Assembly (NCBI RefSeq): GCF_018350175.1
Contig: NC_058382.1
Location: 55,554,001 to 55,618,000 of the forward strand
Reading direction: 5' to 3'
DNA length: 64,000 nt
Source of the DNA: Felis catus
Taxonomy: Eukaryota
Shown: one piece after another, positions 12,659-25,630 of the stretch
How the letters are laid out: every line of letters starts with the position of its first letter
How positions within the stretch are numbered: the first letter of the stretch is position 1
The notes under the pieces: model-generated
What the model saw: the letters and a program-made list of their open reading frames with translations, nothing else
The model's database searches: none
Told to the model about the DNA's origin: nothing
Position numbers and translations under genes: made by a program

Positions 12659-12939
12659 AAAAGATTTTTTTAATGTTTATTTATTTTTGAGAGAGAGAGG
12701 CGCAGAGACAGAGGGAGACACAGAATCTGAAGCAGGCTCCAGGCTCTGAGCTGTCTGCACAGAGCCTGATGTGGGGCTTGAACTCATGAACTGTGATCAT
12801 GACCTGAGCCAAAGTCAGACACTCAACCAACTGAGCCACCCAGATGCCCCCATAACCCTTTTATTTTAGAATAGATTTACAAAACATGATGAAGATAGTA
12901 GTTTTACATATACAACTGACTGAGCCACCCAGGTGGCCC
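12659..12939 (-). mobile_element. Composite SINEC insertion (SINE head + 63-bp L1-like segment + SINE)
   Basis: SINE 12659-12850, spacer 12851-12913, second SINE head 12914-12939; one TSD TGATTACACACTT at 12646-12658 and 12940-12952. Confidence 0.9.
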
Positions 12940-12986
12940 TGATTACACACTTTTAGGTTGGGGTAGGGGGGTAGAGACAAAGGAAA

Positions 12987-13034
12987 TTTTCCAAACCATA
13001 TGTTTTCCAAACCATATGGTTTCCAAACCATATG
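12987..13034. repeat. 16-bp tandem repeat x3 (TTTTCCAAACCATATG)
   Basis: Copies start at 12987, 13003 and 13019 (last has one mismatch). Confidence 0.95.
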
Positions 13035-14439
13035 TTAAAGAAGACTTACTTGGGGATCCTTGAGATCTGCATGTTGTCAAGCTAAGATTGCTTTTTGCCT
13101 CCAGCAGCATTTACATTAAGGCGCTTGTGAGTTCCTTGAGGAAAAGCATACTCTTCCTGTCTCCAGTCTTTGTCGATGGGGTGCAAGTTGTAAGGAAATT
13201 TAATTTTATCTACATTTCTTTTGCCTTTGTTCTCCCCATCACTGCTACTGTTCTCTTTGCTTAGATCTGTGCTGTGGTGCTGTTTCCTTCTGCCTGTTTT
13301 CTTCTTTTTTGCCCACCCACATGTGTTGTCAGACTTTATTGAAGATTGAAGATATGGAAGATGTTTACATGTCTTAAAGACAAAAAAAAAGAAAAATACA
13401 GATTTGATACCCTGTTTGTAAGACTTCCTTGGCCGCTCCACCATTGGGAACTTCTCAGTGGTGGTCCTAGTTTGCATACTCAAGCTTCTTGCCTTATCTG
13501 ATCTTCCCTCTCTTATCCATTACTCTGGATCATTTCTTCTGCAGCAAGTTTACGTCTCTTTTTATGTCTTGTCCTTATAAGGCCGGTTTGTGAAATCACC
13601 TTTTCTACCCCAAAGCAGACTAGAAAAGTATGTTTCTTAATAAAGACAAGTTCTTCTAAAAAGCAAACAAATGATAAAATAAAAAACAAAATAAGGTCAG
13701 GTAAAGTGAAATAAAGAGTAAAGTGTGAAAGTAAAATAAAATAAAATGAAATATAAAATGAAATCTCAGGTGCCAACTGTTAAAAATAGTAATTTCTTGA
13801 TACTGCTGAATCAGGTCAGAAAACACATTGAGTATCTCCAAAAAGGAAGGAGGCTTGTTAAGCAGGTACAGGAGAATACTATCTGTGTCAGTTGCAGGAC
13901 ATAAATTGGGATGGTTGCAGCTGGATCCTGGGAAGAGGGGATCTGTAGTCTCTCCCTTGTCTTCTCTCTGCCTTTCTGTAAGGAAGTGCCTGTTTCCTTC
14001 TCTCCTCAGAGTTCTTGGACAGCTCATCTGCTTTCATTTGTTCCATAGCAGCACCCCAAAATAGCAGCCTAGTTCATTAGTGCTGCCTGATGTTTCATTT
14101 CAACTCTTCCTTGCTGTTTGGCTCAGTTTAGTCAGAATTTTCCTGATGTCTCATCAATCAGCTTTTGCTAGGGGAACAGAGTCTGCTTCACCACGGCCAT
14201 GCCCAGAGGTGCTCACAAATGCTGGTTGTTATCACTGTTATTGAGGTTATTATTTATAGAATTGTTTAGAACAGCTTCCCTCAGCCAGCCACAGCCATAC
14301 TCTACAGAGATTGTGTAAGAGTCTGTACTTTCATACATTCTTCTTCCTTCTCTTCTGACTCCTTTATCCTGAATCGATGAAGAGGGTCCATATTTTCTCA
14401 AGTGTCTATCTCAGTTGGGAGAAAGGTCAGGGAGTATAG

Positions 14440-14925
14440 TAATCATGACTCTTTTTGTTGCAAGCTATGAAAACCCAAATTCAGCCAGCTTAAGCAGAAG
14501 AGGGAATGGACGGTATAGTAGTTTCAAGATCAAAGGACAAGCTAAGGGTTTCGGGGCACCTTGACAAAACATTTATGTATGTCTCTCCATTTCCCACCTT
14601 CTTTTCTTTGGCTGCTCTTCGCAGGCGGGTCCTTGCTTAAAGTCCCAGAATTTCATCCTCCTACTTCAGCCACCCTAGCAGGCAAGAGTCTGTTTTTATG
14701 TCATGTCTGTGAAGCAGTACCAGGGAAGAGCTCTGGGCAGCCCACCTCGGGTCACACGCTCTCTCTCCTTGGATCAACCACTGTTGCCAGGGGTTCGGGA
14801 CTTGTGATTGGCCAGGTGTAGCCCCCGTGCATCTCTTCAGGCAGTGGTTTAGGGCACTATGACTGATGGCATCAGAATGGCAGAAGGTGATACAGGGCAG
14901 ACAAGTCAGCCTATGTCCACTTCTA
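14440..14925 (-). mobile_element. Old MLT1 (K/J-like) LTR
   Basis: ttgttgcaagctatgaaaacccaaattcagccagcttaagcagaagagggaat terminus. Confidence 0.7.
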
Positions 14926-16438
14926 AAAGGATGCTACTTTTTCATGCCGGGATAATGAGTTTAAATAGATTTCTGGAAAGACACTGGGAATGGAGGAGGT
15001 AAGGGAGTCTGACAGGTAGAAGCCTTCCTTCATCAGGACCGCTTAGCCTGTGCGCCTTTCTCAGAAGCAGGAGAAAGCAAAACTCACCTCGGCATGATGG
15101 ATCATGTGATTTGGAGGGCATGAGGTCCAGATAAACTAGCTTGGGAATACCTCCAGGGATCAGTAGAGACTCTCACTGGGGTATGGGGTCTCACCTGGAC
15201 CCGGAACATCAGCAGGGATGAATGTGGTATCTTCTGTGTGCTTTCCACTGAAGCCTCTGTGCAAGAGGCTCCTCATTCTGAACTGGTCTGGAATCTCTCA
15301 GCTGGCCATGACTGCTAGTACTCTCATCCTGGGCTTTCACAAGTCTGAATAAAGAGTTTGAAAAGGTCTTTATTTTTCTCCTGCCTGAGAGGTTGGAGGC
15401 CCCACTTCCTGGGGGCCATTCCTAGTTCTGAATAAGAAAGTGGTTAAAGTGGTAGCATATGAGAGTCTTTTTTCTTCTTATTAATGGTTGCAGCAGATTA
15501 TAAAATGAAACCCAGCAGGCTTGGAAGGGCTTGCATCCATTTCAAAAGCACCAGTACATTCAGAGGCCAAAGAAATCTTTTGAGAGTGCACTGTAAAGAG
15601 TGTTGTCAGTAGTATTTGTCACTGTAAGCCCTGGCAGGGATTCTGGAACAAGCCGATGCCATTTCATTTTCAGTTCCAATCACAGTCTAGTGGAGTTGAG
15701 TCAGAGGCCAGCTGGGGTCTCTTCTTAGGCTCAGGAGAAAGCTGCATAGGACTCATTCAGAAAACAGTTGTGGAGGGCTTTCTTGTGCAGTACCAGCACC
15801 AGGGCCCTCCAGGCTGCACATCCCTGCCCTCGGGGAGCTCACAGTCTAAACAATAGGAATTTGTCAGTCACACACAACTATAGTTTAGGATTGAATAGGA
15901 ATAGAACCCCGAGGGAGGTAAAAACCAATGACTTGACCCTGAGGAGGGAGACATTTTCTTTAACCAGGTAAAGAAGGGCAGGTGGTAAAGTAGGGAGTAG
16001 GGAAGGGAAGGATCATAATTTTGTCACTGGGGATTTCTCCTTGGAGTTCAAAGAGAAACATCAGAAAAAAATATCAGAAGTCTAATTGCCAGATCTTAGA
16101 GTACTTAAGTGATTTCATGATATCTCCCGAGTAGACAATGAAACATCCCAAGATTGGCTTAAAGCAAGGCATTTTGAAAGAGTTATATATGAATTAAAAT
16201 ACCTTTCTCATTATTGTAGTATTTCACAATACTTTGCAAATCCAGACTTTTTTCTTCTTTCTCCATAAGTCCCATTCACTTAAGAAATGGGAAGACTGGT
16301 AAGAGGAGTAAACCTGCCAATAAAATCTTTGTCCCCAGTTAGTAGAGATTAACCCGAGATCTCTTCCAATAATCTTACCTTCTTGTGACATATAGATTCC
16401 ACTCATGAGCCCTGAAAAGTTTCCAGATAGAGCGAGGC

Positions 16439-16568
16439 TAGAGTTGCCAGATGAAATATAGGACACACAGTTAAATTTGAATTTCAGATAAACAGATAAA
16501 CAATGGGTAATTTTCTTATATGAGTATGTCCTGGCTCAGTCCAGGCTTGTTTGGTATCTTGGCACTAA
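16439..16568. mobile_element. MER53-like hAT MITE, partial
   Basis: tagagttgccagatgaaatataggacacacagttaaatttgaatttcagataaaca. Confidence 0.8.
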
Positions 16569-17101
16569 ATGAATAGTGTGGTTTCTTTTCCTTATCTAGC
16601 TTTATTAGATAGCATCATTATCAATGTCACATGCTTGTCACAAGTCCAACCACCCTTGTCCCTGTCCTAGCTCCTCATAGTGTAATAGAAGGGAGACTCA
16701 AGGCAGAGCAGGGGAAAGGCACTGGCTGAGCATATATGCTAACAAGAAGTTAATCTTGGGAGCATTAAAGGTCTGATTGCCATTCTAAACTCCATCCCAG
16801 GTTTGGATCTTGTTGTCTTCTACTGTCCACAGTATTCAGGGAACCACCTTCATCCCAGACGTGTGCAAAAGGAGAACAGAATGATTGAGCAGAATTTGGG
16901 TTGGAGGCGGAGCTTCCGGGAAGTGGAACCCAGGGGAGAGTGAATGAGGAGGTTAACAGGATGAACTGAAATGAGGCTGAGCATAAGGCAGTGAGTCCTC
17001 TCAGCTGGGCATGAGTGCTTGGCCCCGTGAGGGGGATGCCCTGAAAGTATAGAATCAAGGGCCCACAAGTACTGAAGCAACTGGGGCCATGTTGATAAAA
17101 G

Positions 17102-17260
17102 CAGTACTTCTTGAACTTTAATGTACATACAAATTACCTGGGGATCTTGTTAAAGTGGAGATTCTGATTCAGCAGGTCTGGGTGGGTCCTAAGATTCTGC
17201 ATTCCTAATAAGCTCCCAAGTGATGCTGATACTACTAGAACATGGTTCACATTTTGAGTG
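17102..17260. mobile_element. MER5B hAT MITE
   Basis: cagtacttcttgaactttaatgtacatacaaattacctggggatcttgttaaa...gattctgattcagcaggtctggg. Confidence 0.85.
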
Positions 17261-17261
17261 G

Positions 17262-17502
17262 TGTTAAAGAGAAATTGCACTGGACACTTGTTAAAAATGG
17301 CAAGGAAGACTTTATTCAATAGGGGAGAGAGGTTGAATTCAATGTTGAATTCAGCAGACGCAGATGGGGATTTATAGCCTCCAGGCAGAGTGAGGGAGAG
17401 GATGGAAAATTACTAAAAGGAACTTGATTGGGTATCAGGGGGGATTCTTGCTCAACTGGCTTAGCAGGATTTGTGCTAAAACCACCAGGCTTTTTGCTTA
17501 AC
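17262..17502 (-). mobile_element. ERV1 (MER4-group-like) LTR fragment
   Basis: tgttaaagagaaatt..cacttgttaaaaatggcaaggaagactttattca...gatggaaaattactaaaagg. Confidence 0.65.
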
Positions 17503-18499
17503 AATAGATTGTCAAATTGTGAACATTCTCCCCTCCCCTCCTGCCAGGATCATGCATTGCTGATGTTTTATAAACATTGAGACAAAATTCAGTACCTCAA
17601 AGTCTTTCCAAAGAAGGGGGCCCAGTGCATGCAGTGATTTGCCCATTCAGCAACAGGGGGCTCAGTTCAAGGTCATCTCATCTCAGGAGCTTAGCCACAG
17701 CATCTCTTCAAGGCCATGATGGGCAGAGGCTCTACTCTTTTAACCATACTGAGAGCCTTTCCCATTATCTTTCTCTGTAACTTTTCCTTCTGTGGCAAAC
17801 AGCCCCCGAAAACCATCTAAGGACTCCCCAGGAGTGCCTACAGCCTGTTCTTGGAGGAGAGATGTCCACCTATAGGGGAGATGTGGGCAGAGGAACAGGT
17901 TCAGGGGTTCTGTTTCTTCTCAGATCTAGGACATGAGAAGACTTCAGCAGAGAATGTAGAATTAAGGAGGGTCCTGTCCCTAGGGTCTGGGGTCGACTTC
18001 CTCTTATGCTACCCCACCTGCTTCATCCCATGCCACTTTACATAGCCCAAAAGGCTTCTGTGACCTTTTCCTTTTCTGTATTTGCTCAGCATTTGTTTCT
18101 TCCCTTTATTTACAACTTTGTTGCTTCATTGCTTTTAAAAATGGAAGCCAGTGATTTTCTTCCTTGTGAGGCAGAGGGAGATGTGAAAGGAAAAAGCCCC
18201 AGGACTTGGAGCCTGGCAACTAAGATCCTTCTTCCTCACCACTGCTTTCCTTGAAGATATGGATATGAGCGGTGGTAAAAGTAAGAGAGATCACTTTCAG
18301 ATGACTTCTCCATTGATCTTGGGCAGCGCATCAGTTACCTTTGGCTCCGTCTTCCATATTTAAAAAATGAGGGTAGAAATCACTCTTCTTTGCCCACATT
18401 AAATAAATGGATAGGAAGGTGTTGTGTGGAGTATAAGTTGCAAATCACACATTGGTTACTTTTGCTACTAGGAGCAGTATTATAAGGAGAGAACACATT

Positions 18500-19290
18500 T
18501 TAAGAAGTTTTTTCTTCAAATGAATAAGACAAAGCCGGGGTGAAAACACGGTGTAAAGTTTATACAGCAAAAAGTATGCTTCCTTCTCACCGTAAGTTCT
18601 TTCTCAGAATAGTAGCTACTTTTAACCAGTTTCATATGTTTTCTTCCAAAAATATTCCCTGCACATATAAGCATCTGCATATATGTGTGCATGTATATGT
18701 TTATATATGTAAATTTGTACGTACTTATTTTTAAACAAATGATACCGTACTTCTCCGTCTTTCTGTTAACTGTTTTGTGATTATTCCATATCAGCATGTT
18801 AGATCTTCCTCATTCTCTGTCACAGCTACACATTATTTGATTGCACATCATCATATACTAATTACAATTTATTTAACCTTACTTCCAATGATGGACATTT
18901 AATTTATTTCCAGTGACAGGGTATTTCAAGTTATGCTGCAACGGCCATCCTGAACATTGGTGTATCTGTACAAGTAGAACTGTTTCACAATGTATCAGAA
19001 GCAGAGTATCTGGGTCCAAGCGTATGAACACTCTCCATTTTAGTAGAGATCACCAAATTGCCCTCTGGAGAAATGTCAACAGTTTGCAATTGCACCAACC
19101 CAGTTTTCCTGTATACCTCTACCAATACTGTGAATCAGTCTGTGCTAATATGAATTTATAATGCTATCTCATTGTTAGTTTAATTTTGTGCTGCTGTAAT
19201 TTTGAGTGAGCTTGAACATCTATCTCTCCATAGGCTTAAACACCATATATCTGTGCACAGCTTGAGTATGCTCTTTTTCCATTTGAAAAA
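18500..19290 (-). mobile_element. Old L1ME-type fragment
   Basis: atgatggacatttaatttatttccag; caccaaattgccctctggagaaatg; ctcattgttagtttaatttt. Confidence 0.7.
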
Positions 19291-20313
19291 GCACATATTA
19301 AGAGGGCTGGCCCAGATTGGCCTGGCTCAGCAGGGCCACTCTCCCCGGGGCGTATCTGGGGCTGTCTCAGCTCCTCTAGCTCCTGTGTCTCTGTTTGCTG
19401 CGTCTGGATGGTGCTCGGGCAGTCACAGAAGCCCTGGGCTGTGAATCTGCACCAGTGCATCCATCCATTTGCCCCCGATAAGCGAAAGCTGACTGCACAG
19501 TTCTGTATTTATTTATAGCTTTTCTTCCAGCCACAAGAAGTATTTTATTCCTCTTCACACGATTCCTGAGAGCTGGTGTGAAGCAAGTGTCTTCTCAATT
19601 TTACAGTACAGCAAATGGAGATGTGAAGACATGTAATTGGCTGTCCGAGCACCTAGTGGGACAACTGCCAAGTCTATAAGATGTTTGGCTGTGCCACTGG
19701 GTGGAGCACTGTACTAGGTGTGTAGAGATAGGAACTTTCTGCTTCCAGTTTTAGTGTGGATTTCTTGAGAGACTGGGCAGAACGCATTCCATCTGTCAGG
19801 TCATCAGACCACAGAGAAGTCCTGACGCCTGTGGAAAGAGGCGGAAGGAAGGAGGATTGGGTAGGAAGAGCCTCAGCTAATAGAGTAAATCTGAGAACGC
19901 CTCAGCTGTGCAGATGACGAAATCCAGAGTGGAGATTGCCCACTGGAGGATCGTCTCAGTCAGAAATTGATGGGCCCTGACACCCCTGTGTGTGCAGTCA
20001 TTGGCTAGGAGCTGCTTCGGCAGACATTGACTGGCCTCGGCTTGAATCCTAGGCCGAGGATTAGGCTTAGGGTGCCTCCTAAGACTCTGCATTTGGAGGC
20101 TTTCAGCTACCTGCACTCCTCATGGCAGACTCTCCCTTGCACGAGCTCTGGGCAATAGACCTCCATGGCTGCGAGGGCCGGTTTGTTTGGGTGGTTTCGG
20201 TCAGAACTGGGGGTGTTATTCTGGGCCCCTCCAAAAGCTTTGCAGGTCTGGAGACATAATTATTCCAGGATTAAGCAATAATTATACTCAACTCCTTCCT
20301 GTATTTCTTTATT

Positions 20314-20350
20314 TCTCCTAAAATTGCTGGAGATCTCCTAAAATTGCTGG
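20314..20350. repeat. Tandem duplication with 20-bp period (TCTCCTAAAATTGCTGG x2)
   Basis: Identical 17-mers at 20314-20330 and 20334-20350. Confidence 0.9.
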
Positions 20351-20639
20351 TAATCTGTTCTTTCTTACTGTGGAATGTTTAAAAATATATTTCCTCAATT
20401 GTATATAGAATCTGCATAGTTTGGGACTCATCTGGACACAAGGGAGGAGCCAAGTACCAAAACAATGAGAAAATCCCATATTCTTAGGTGTTTATGGGAA
20501 GAGGGACACAATATGTCCAGATATCATAAGAGGAAAGAGGCACATGGAATTTTCAGTGGCAACCCTTCTTATTTGAGTTTTCTCAGGACCCTGAAGGTCC
20601 ATATAGCAGTGGACCTTTGGTGCCCCATATCTCATGCCT

Positions 20640-21109
20640 GCTTCTGATTTTAGCCATTGCTCTGGAGGACAGTTCTCTGGAAGCTCAGATTCACCTGGCA
20701 GCATCATACCTGAAGCATACAGGTACAGAGTTCCTTTTTGTGTTCTGCCCTCACGTTCTTTCTGAGCTGTTGGAGTCTACTTGGGTCCTGGAAATGTCAG
20801 GGGGCTGATGTGTCTGAGGTCAATCTCAACCAACAGGGGATGAGAGTCTGTGGATGAATTCCCCAGGCCCTTGTCTTTCAGGTGGACAGTTCTGGGAGGC
20901 ACTCTGTACTCATTTCTGGAGCTCCCAGGAAATGGAACCCCTTTGGCCAATAACTGGACCCCCAGTTATGCACCCTTATTTGGTCTTTTCCTCCTTGCCT
21001 GTCTTACTTTCCTTGGTTCCTTCCTTCCTTCAGTCACCTGGGATTGCCTCCAAAAGAAACTACCTACACCTACTCTTTCTCAGGCTCTGCTTTCAGGGGA
21101 ACCCAAACA
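20640..21109 (+). mobile_element. LTR16A-like ERVL LTR
   Basis: caatctcaaccaacaggggatg...ggacagttctgggaggc...ctcaggctctgctttcaggggaacccaaac. Confidence 0.7.
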
Positions 21110-21677
21110 GGGTTCACAGGCCACACAACCCTGAAAAGTGGGTCCTAATAACTTAGGCAGCTATTGGAATCTTTCTGTGAGCTTGTGAGTGAAGAGGTAG
21201 GGAACTTCTTTCTGCTGATGCCCTCTTTATATATCTGTTAAATGGTATGGTGGGTTATGGTACCTTGTTTGGAGTGGCCTGAAATCTTAGGGTGGTTAGT
21301 GCAAAGAAACAAAGGAGATTTGGGCAAGAACCTATGATTCCCAGGTGACCACCACATATGAGGCAGCCTAGATAGTCTTGACTCCCTGCCTCTAAACTCA
21401 TATTCTCTTCACTTGGCTTTTCTTTAGTAAGTCCCAGCCTGGGACCATTTCCTCCTCAATAGATTCCTTATAAAACTCAGAGTCTGAACTATGGAACTAC
21501 TGTAGGCTTCAAGGTTGTATTGTTCTGAGTAGTTGCTGGGTACCCTCAGATCTCTTGATTCTTCACTATGTGCTTACACTTGTGGTCAGTCTACATTTTG
21601 GCTTTTATTTAGGTCTCCCTGGTTCTGGCTTTGGCAAGTGCAAATATAATCCAATCATTAAAGCTTACTTAAAATAA

Positions 21678-21740
21678 TTTTTTAAATATTTTAAAAATTA
21701 TTTGAGAGAGAGAGAGAGGGAGGGAGAGGGAGAGAGAGAT

Positions 21741-21797
<57 letters not shown>

Positions 21798-21969
21798 GAG
21801 CAGGGGAGGGGTAGAGAGAGAGGGAGACACAGAATCCAAAGCAGGCTCCAGGCTTGGATCTGTCAGCACGGAGCCTGACGCGGGGCTCAAACCCACAAAC
21901 TGCGAGATCATGACTCGAGCCAAAGTTGGATGCTCAAATTCCTGAGCATCCAATTATGGCCAGGTGCCT
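21678..21969 (-). mobile_element. SINEC with expanded (GA)n tract
   Basis: SINE body 21795-21969; (GA)n about 21704-21791. Confidence 0.93.
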
Positions 21970-21974
21970 GTAAG

Positions 21975-22480
21975 TTTTTTTTAATTTAAAAAATTGTGGT
22001 AAAATATGCTTAACATAAAATTTACTATCTTAACTATTTTTCAGTGTACAATTTAGTGGCATGAAGTACATTCACATTGTTGTGCTACCATGACCACTAT
22101 CCATCCACAGAACTTTTTTCATCTTGTAAAACTGAAGGTCGATACTCATTGCACAACATCTACCCATTTCCTCCTTCCCTCACACCTGGGCAGGCACCAT
22201 TCTACTTCCTGTTTCTATGAATCTGACTACTCTGGGTACCACATATAAGTGGAATCCAACAGTATTCATCTTTTTGAGGCTGGCTTATTTCACTTGGCAT
22301 CATGTTCTGAAAGTTCATTGATGTTGTAGCATGTATCAGAATTTCTTTTCTTTTTATGGATGAATCATATTCTGTTGTAAGTGTATACAACATTTTGTTT
22401 TATCCATTCATCCATCGATGAACACCTGGGTTGCATCCATCTTTTGGCTGTTGTGAATAAAGCTGTTATGAACATGGATG
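21975..22480 (-). mobile_element. L1MB-type 3' end
   Basis: aattgtggtaaaatat..aacataaaatttactatcttaac..; ORF 22202-22393 (EYDSSIKRKEIL..TTSMNFQNMMPSEISQ) is the ORF2 C-terminus. Confidence 0.9.
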
Positions 22481-22627
22481 AATAAGGCTCATTTTGATAC
22501 CCCTTCCTTAAGAAGTCTCCCCTTATGCTTTTCGGTCCTTGCTAGATGGTGAGCAGTGATGTGGCAGTGTCTCATGCATCCTTATATCCCATTGATAGAG
22601 AACCTAGGAAATACTGGGCGCTTAAAT

Positions 22628-22840
22628 TTTTTTTTTTCAATGTTTATTTATTTTTGGGACAGAGAGAGACAGAGCATGAACGGGGGAGGGGCAGAGAGAG
22701 AGGGAGACACAGAATCGGAAACAGGCTCCAGGCTCTGAGCCATCAGCCCAGAGCCTGACGCGGGGCTCGAACTCACAGACCGCGAGATCGTGACCTGGCT
22801 GAAGTCGGATGCTTAACCGACTGCGCCACCCAGGCGCCCC
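22628..22840 (-). mobile_element. Young SINEC_Fc
   Basis: CpG-rich, near consensus; TSD GGGC(G/A)CTTAAAT at 22616-22627 and 22843-22854. Confidence 0.97.
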
Positions 22841-23139
22841 GAGGGCACTTAAATCTATGGTTGTTGAATTCCTCGATTCCCATGCATTATATCCCCCAAA
22901 GATTCTGAACCTCCATAGCAGCTTGCTATGCAGCAGCTCCGGCTTGCTGCCTGGTTCTCATCTTCCTCCAGCGTCTGCAGCCATCTTGATATCTGTTAAA
23001 TCAATGAGTGCTCCTGGACTCAGTATCTCTTGCTGCCCTCTGCAATCAACTTCTGCCTAACCTCCTGGCCCTGACCTGGAAATTATGGCTTAGACTTAGA
23101 GTTAGGCTCTCTTGTTGAATCATCTTCCTCTACTGACAA

Positions 23140-23265
23140 TAAGGAACAGTACTGTGAGGGGGTTAAATGAAGTGGTGTGTATAAAGCACCTAGCAGAGGA
23201 CTTGGCTCATGCAAGTGCCCAGTAAATAGTGATCATTATTGTTAAGCATAGCATTCTTTATTATA
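23140..23265 (+). mobile_element. MIR fragment
   Basis: tgtgagggggttaaatga..tgtataaagcacctagcagaggacttggctcatgcaagtgcccagtaaatagtgatcattatt. Confidence 0.65.
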
Positions 23266-23384
23266 TACAATATATGTTATATGCATATACATATATATGT
23301 ATATACAGAATAATCTTTTTACTTATATTTTTCAAAAAAATCACTTAAGGCTTTCAATTATGATGATTGAAAGTTATTTGTATA

Positions 23385-23597
23385 GGTGCATCTGGGTGAC
23401 TCGGTTGAGTGTCCGACTTTGGCTCAGGTCACAATCTCATGGTTTGTGAGTTCGAGTCCCACATAGGGCTCCCTGCTGTCAGTGCAGAGCCGGCTTTGGA
23501 TCCTCTGTATGCGCTCCCACCCCCTGCCAATCTCTGTCCCTCCCTGGCTCATGCACACATGCACTCTCTCTCAAAAATAAATAAAAAACAAAAAATA

Positions 23598-23644
<47 letters not shown>
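23385..23644 (+). mobile_element. SINEC with (CA)n in the tail
   Basis: gagtgtccgactttggctcaggtcacaatctc...; (CA)n about 23598-23644; aaagtta flanks. Confidence 0.92.
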
Positions 23645-23646
<2 letters not shown>

Positions 23647-24627
23647 GTTACATATATAAAAGAATTACTGAAATAGGACCAAAAAATCAAGAGTAATGTT
23701 TGGAGGCAGGGAGATTGTAATATCAGAATCCTAGGTTAAGGATAGTTGTGGTACCTAAGCCTCAGATTGAGCCCTGACCCTGTAGTTGCACCAGAGAGAT
23801 CATGAGAGACCTGAATTTGTTGCCACATCAGGTCCAATTCCTTTCCCTGAGGAGGTGGGAACAACACTCTATTCTATAACTCTCCTTGAGTTCTCTTCTG
23901 ACTGGCTATACATATGGTAACAGAAAAACTGGACCACTACAGCACAGGTTTGGACCAATATTTTGTACATGGACCAAAAAACAAAAACAAAACAAAACAG
24001 AGAAGAAAAAGGAAATAAGGAACACCTCAATTATCTCTTACTTTCATATTTCAGGGAACAGAAGAAAGAAGATAGCCCCCTCTGTCTGAGTAAAGAGTGC
24101 TAGTGGGGGACCTGATCACTTCTTCCAGTGTTTGCTGAAGAGAATGGAGTAGGGCAAGGGGGAAAGGATCACAAAGGACGTGTTTGCGTCTCTATTTCAT
24201 ACTTGTTGGAAAGGACCTCTCCTTTCTTATTGGATAGAATAGGGGAAATAGCCCCCTTTTGGATCAGAGTATAACTGTTTTCTTTGCAATGCTCACAGCA
24301 CTTAGAGGAGTTCCTTGGGCAAAAGAGTTACGAGAATGGTAAAAAGAATGTATGCATGAGCAGGTAACGCTGTCCGGGGTCCTAGGGCCTCAGAGCTGAT
24401 GTAGGCTTTGCAGTCTAATTGGCTGGATTACTCTTCTTGATCACTTATATCAATACTTAGTTCAGGCATTTATCTTCCCAATGTGTTTTCCTATGAAGTG
24501 TTGCTAAAGTTTGAAGTTGTATTTGGCGTGGGCACATTGAGCAGTTTGTATCACTGAGGATGTCAGAATACGTCTACTCTCCCTACTCAATAAATATCAC
24601 TTAAAGCATGCCTCAGGGCCCTTTCAC

Positions 24628-25067
24628 TGCTACAGACTGAATTGTGTCCCCCAGAATTCATATATTAAAGCCCTAACCCCCAGCATGACTGTGTTTGGAG
24701 ATAGAGCCAAAGCGAGGTAATTAAGGTTAAATGAGGTTGTAAGGATAGGGCCCTGGTCTGATAGTAGTGTCCTTGTAGGAATAGACACCAGAGTGCTGCC
24801 CTCACCCTCTCCCTCTTCCTTTCCCACCCCCTCTTCCTCTCTATATTCCTCTCCCTCTCTCTGTCCGTCTCTCTCTCTCTACCATGTTAGGACACAGTGA
24901 GAAGATGGCTGTCTGCAAGCCAGGAAGAGAGCTCTCACCAGAAACCAGGTCAGCTGGCACTTTGATCTTGGACTTCCCAGCCTCTAGAACTGAGAGAAAT
25001 AAATTTCTGTTGTACAAGATGTCCAGTCTGTGGCATTTTGTTATGGTAGCCTGAGCACAGTAATATG
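24628..25067 (+). mobile_element. MLT1A0-like MaLR solo LTR
   Basis: tgctacagactgaattgtgtccccc...ggacttcccagcctctagaactgagagaaataaatttctgttg...gttatggtagcctgagc. Confidence 0.9.
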
Positions 25068-25417
25068 CACACTTGTGTACTCAACCCAGGGACCAGGAGA
25101 ATCAAACCATCACTGCTACCACCTCCAAGATCACGTGTGCAGTCGTACATGTCTTATATGTTCTGCTTCTGTCATGATCATCCTCTCCCAGCTTCATCTA
25201 GTCAGAGCCATAGCCCACCTCTGTGATGTGAGGGCCTCTGCCAGAAAAGGAGGAGCTCACTCCCAGTGAAGGGAGCCTGTTGGCCTATCCTGCACGGGCA
25301 TCTCTAGGTCTGCTCATAGGGGAGAAGGAGCCCTTGATTCTGCTCACACAGCCTCCTCCGTGTATTGTGGCTTCTGGGACATCAGTTTAAAATATACTAC
25401 TAGTTTCTCATATTTCT

Positions 25418-25630
25418 TTTTTTTTAATTAATTTATTTTTTAGAGAGAGCACGTGAGAGCAGAGGAGAGGGGCAAAAGGGGAGGGACAAGGGGAGGGAGA
25501 GAGAGAATCTTAAGCCGGCTCCACACTCAGTGTGGAGCCCAGTGCAGGTCTGGATCCTATGACCCTGGGATCATGACCTCAGCTGAAAACAAGAGTTGGA
25601 GGCTCAACCAACTGAGCCACCCAGGTGCCC
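25418..25630 (-). mobile_element. SINEC, older subfamily
   Basis: Degenerate TSD AGTTTCTCA(TAT/AAC)TTCT at 25402-25417 and 25632-25647. Confidence 0.92.

Larger units (their letters stand above)
12515..13241 (-). mobile_element. Carnivore ERV1-type solo LTR (CarLTR-like)
   Basis: TG...CA termini (tgtcatgtgggtcagg ... ctccccatca); caagaaagaattc..ttttattaaagcacggggac resembles recalled carnivore LTRs; near 4-bp TSD ctga/ctgc. Confidence 0.7.

Noticed and set aside
12987..13034. Direct repeats suggesting a CRISPR-like array
   Set aside because: No spacers, only three contiguous 16-mers, and a mammalian context.
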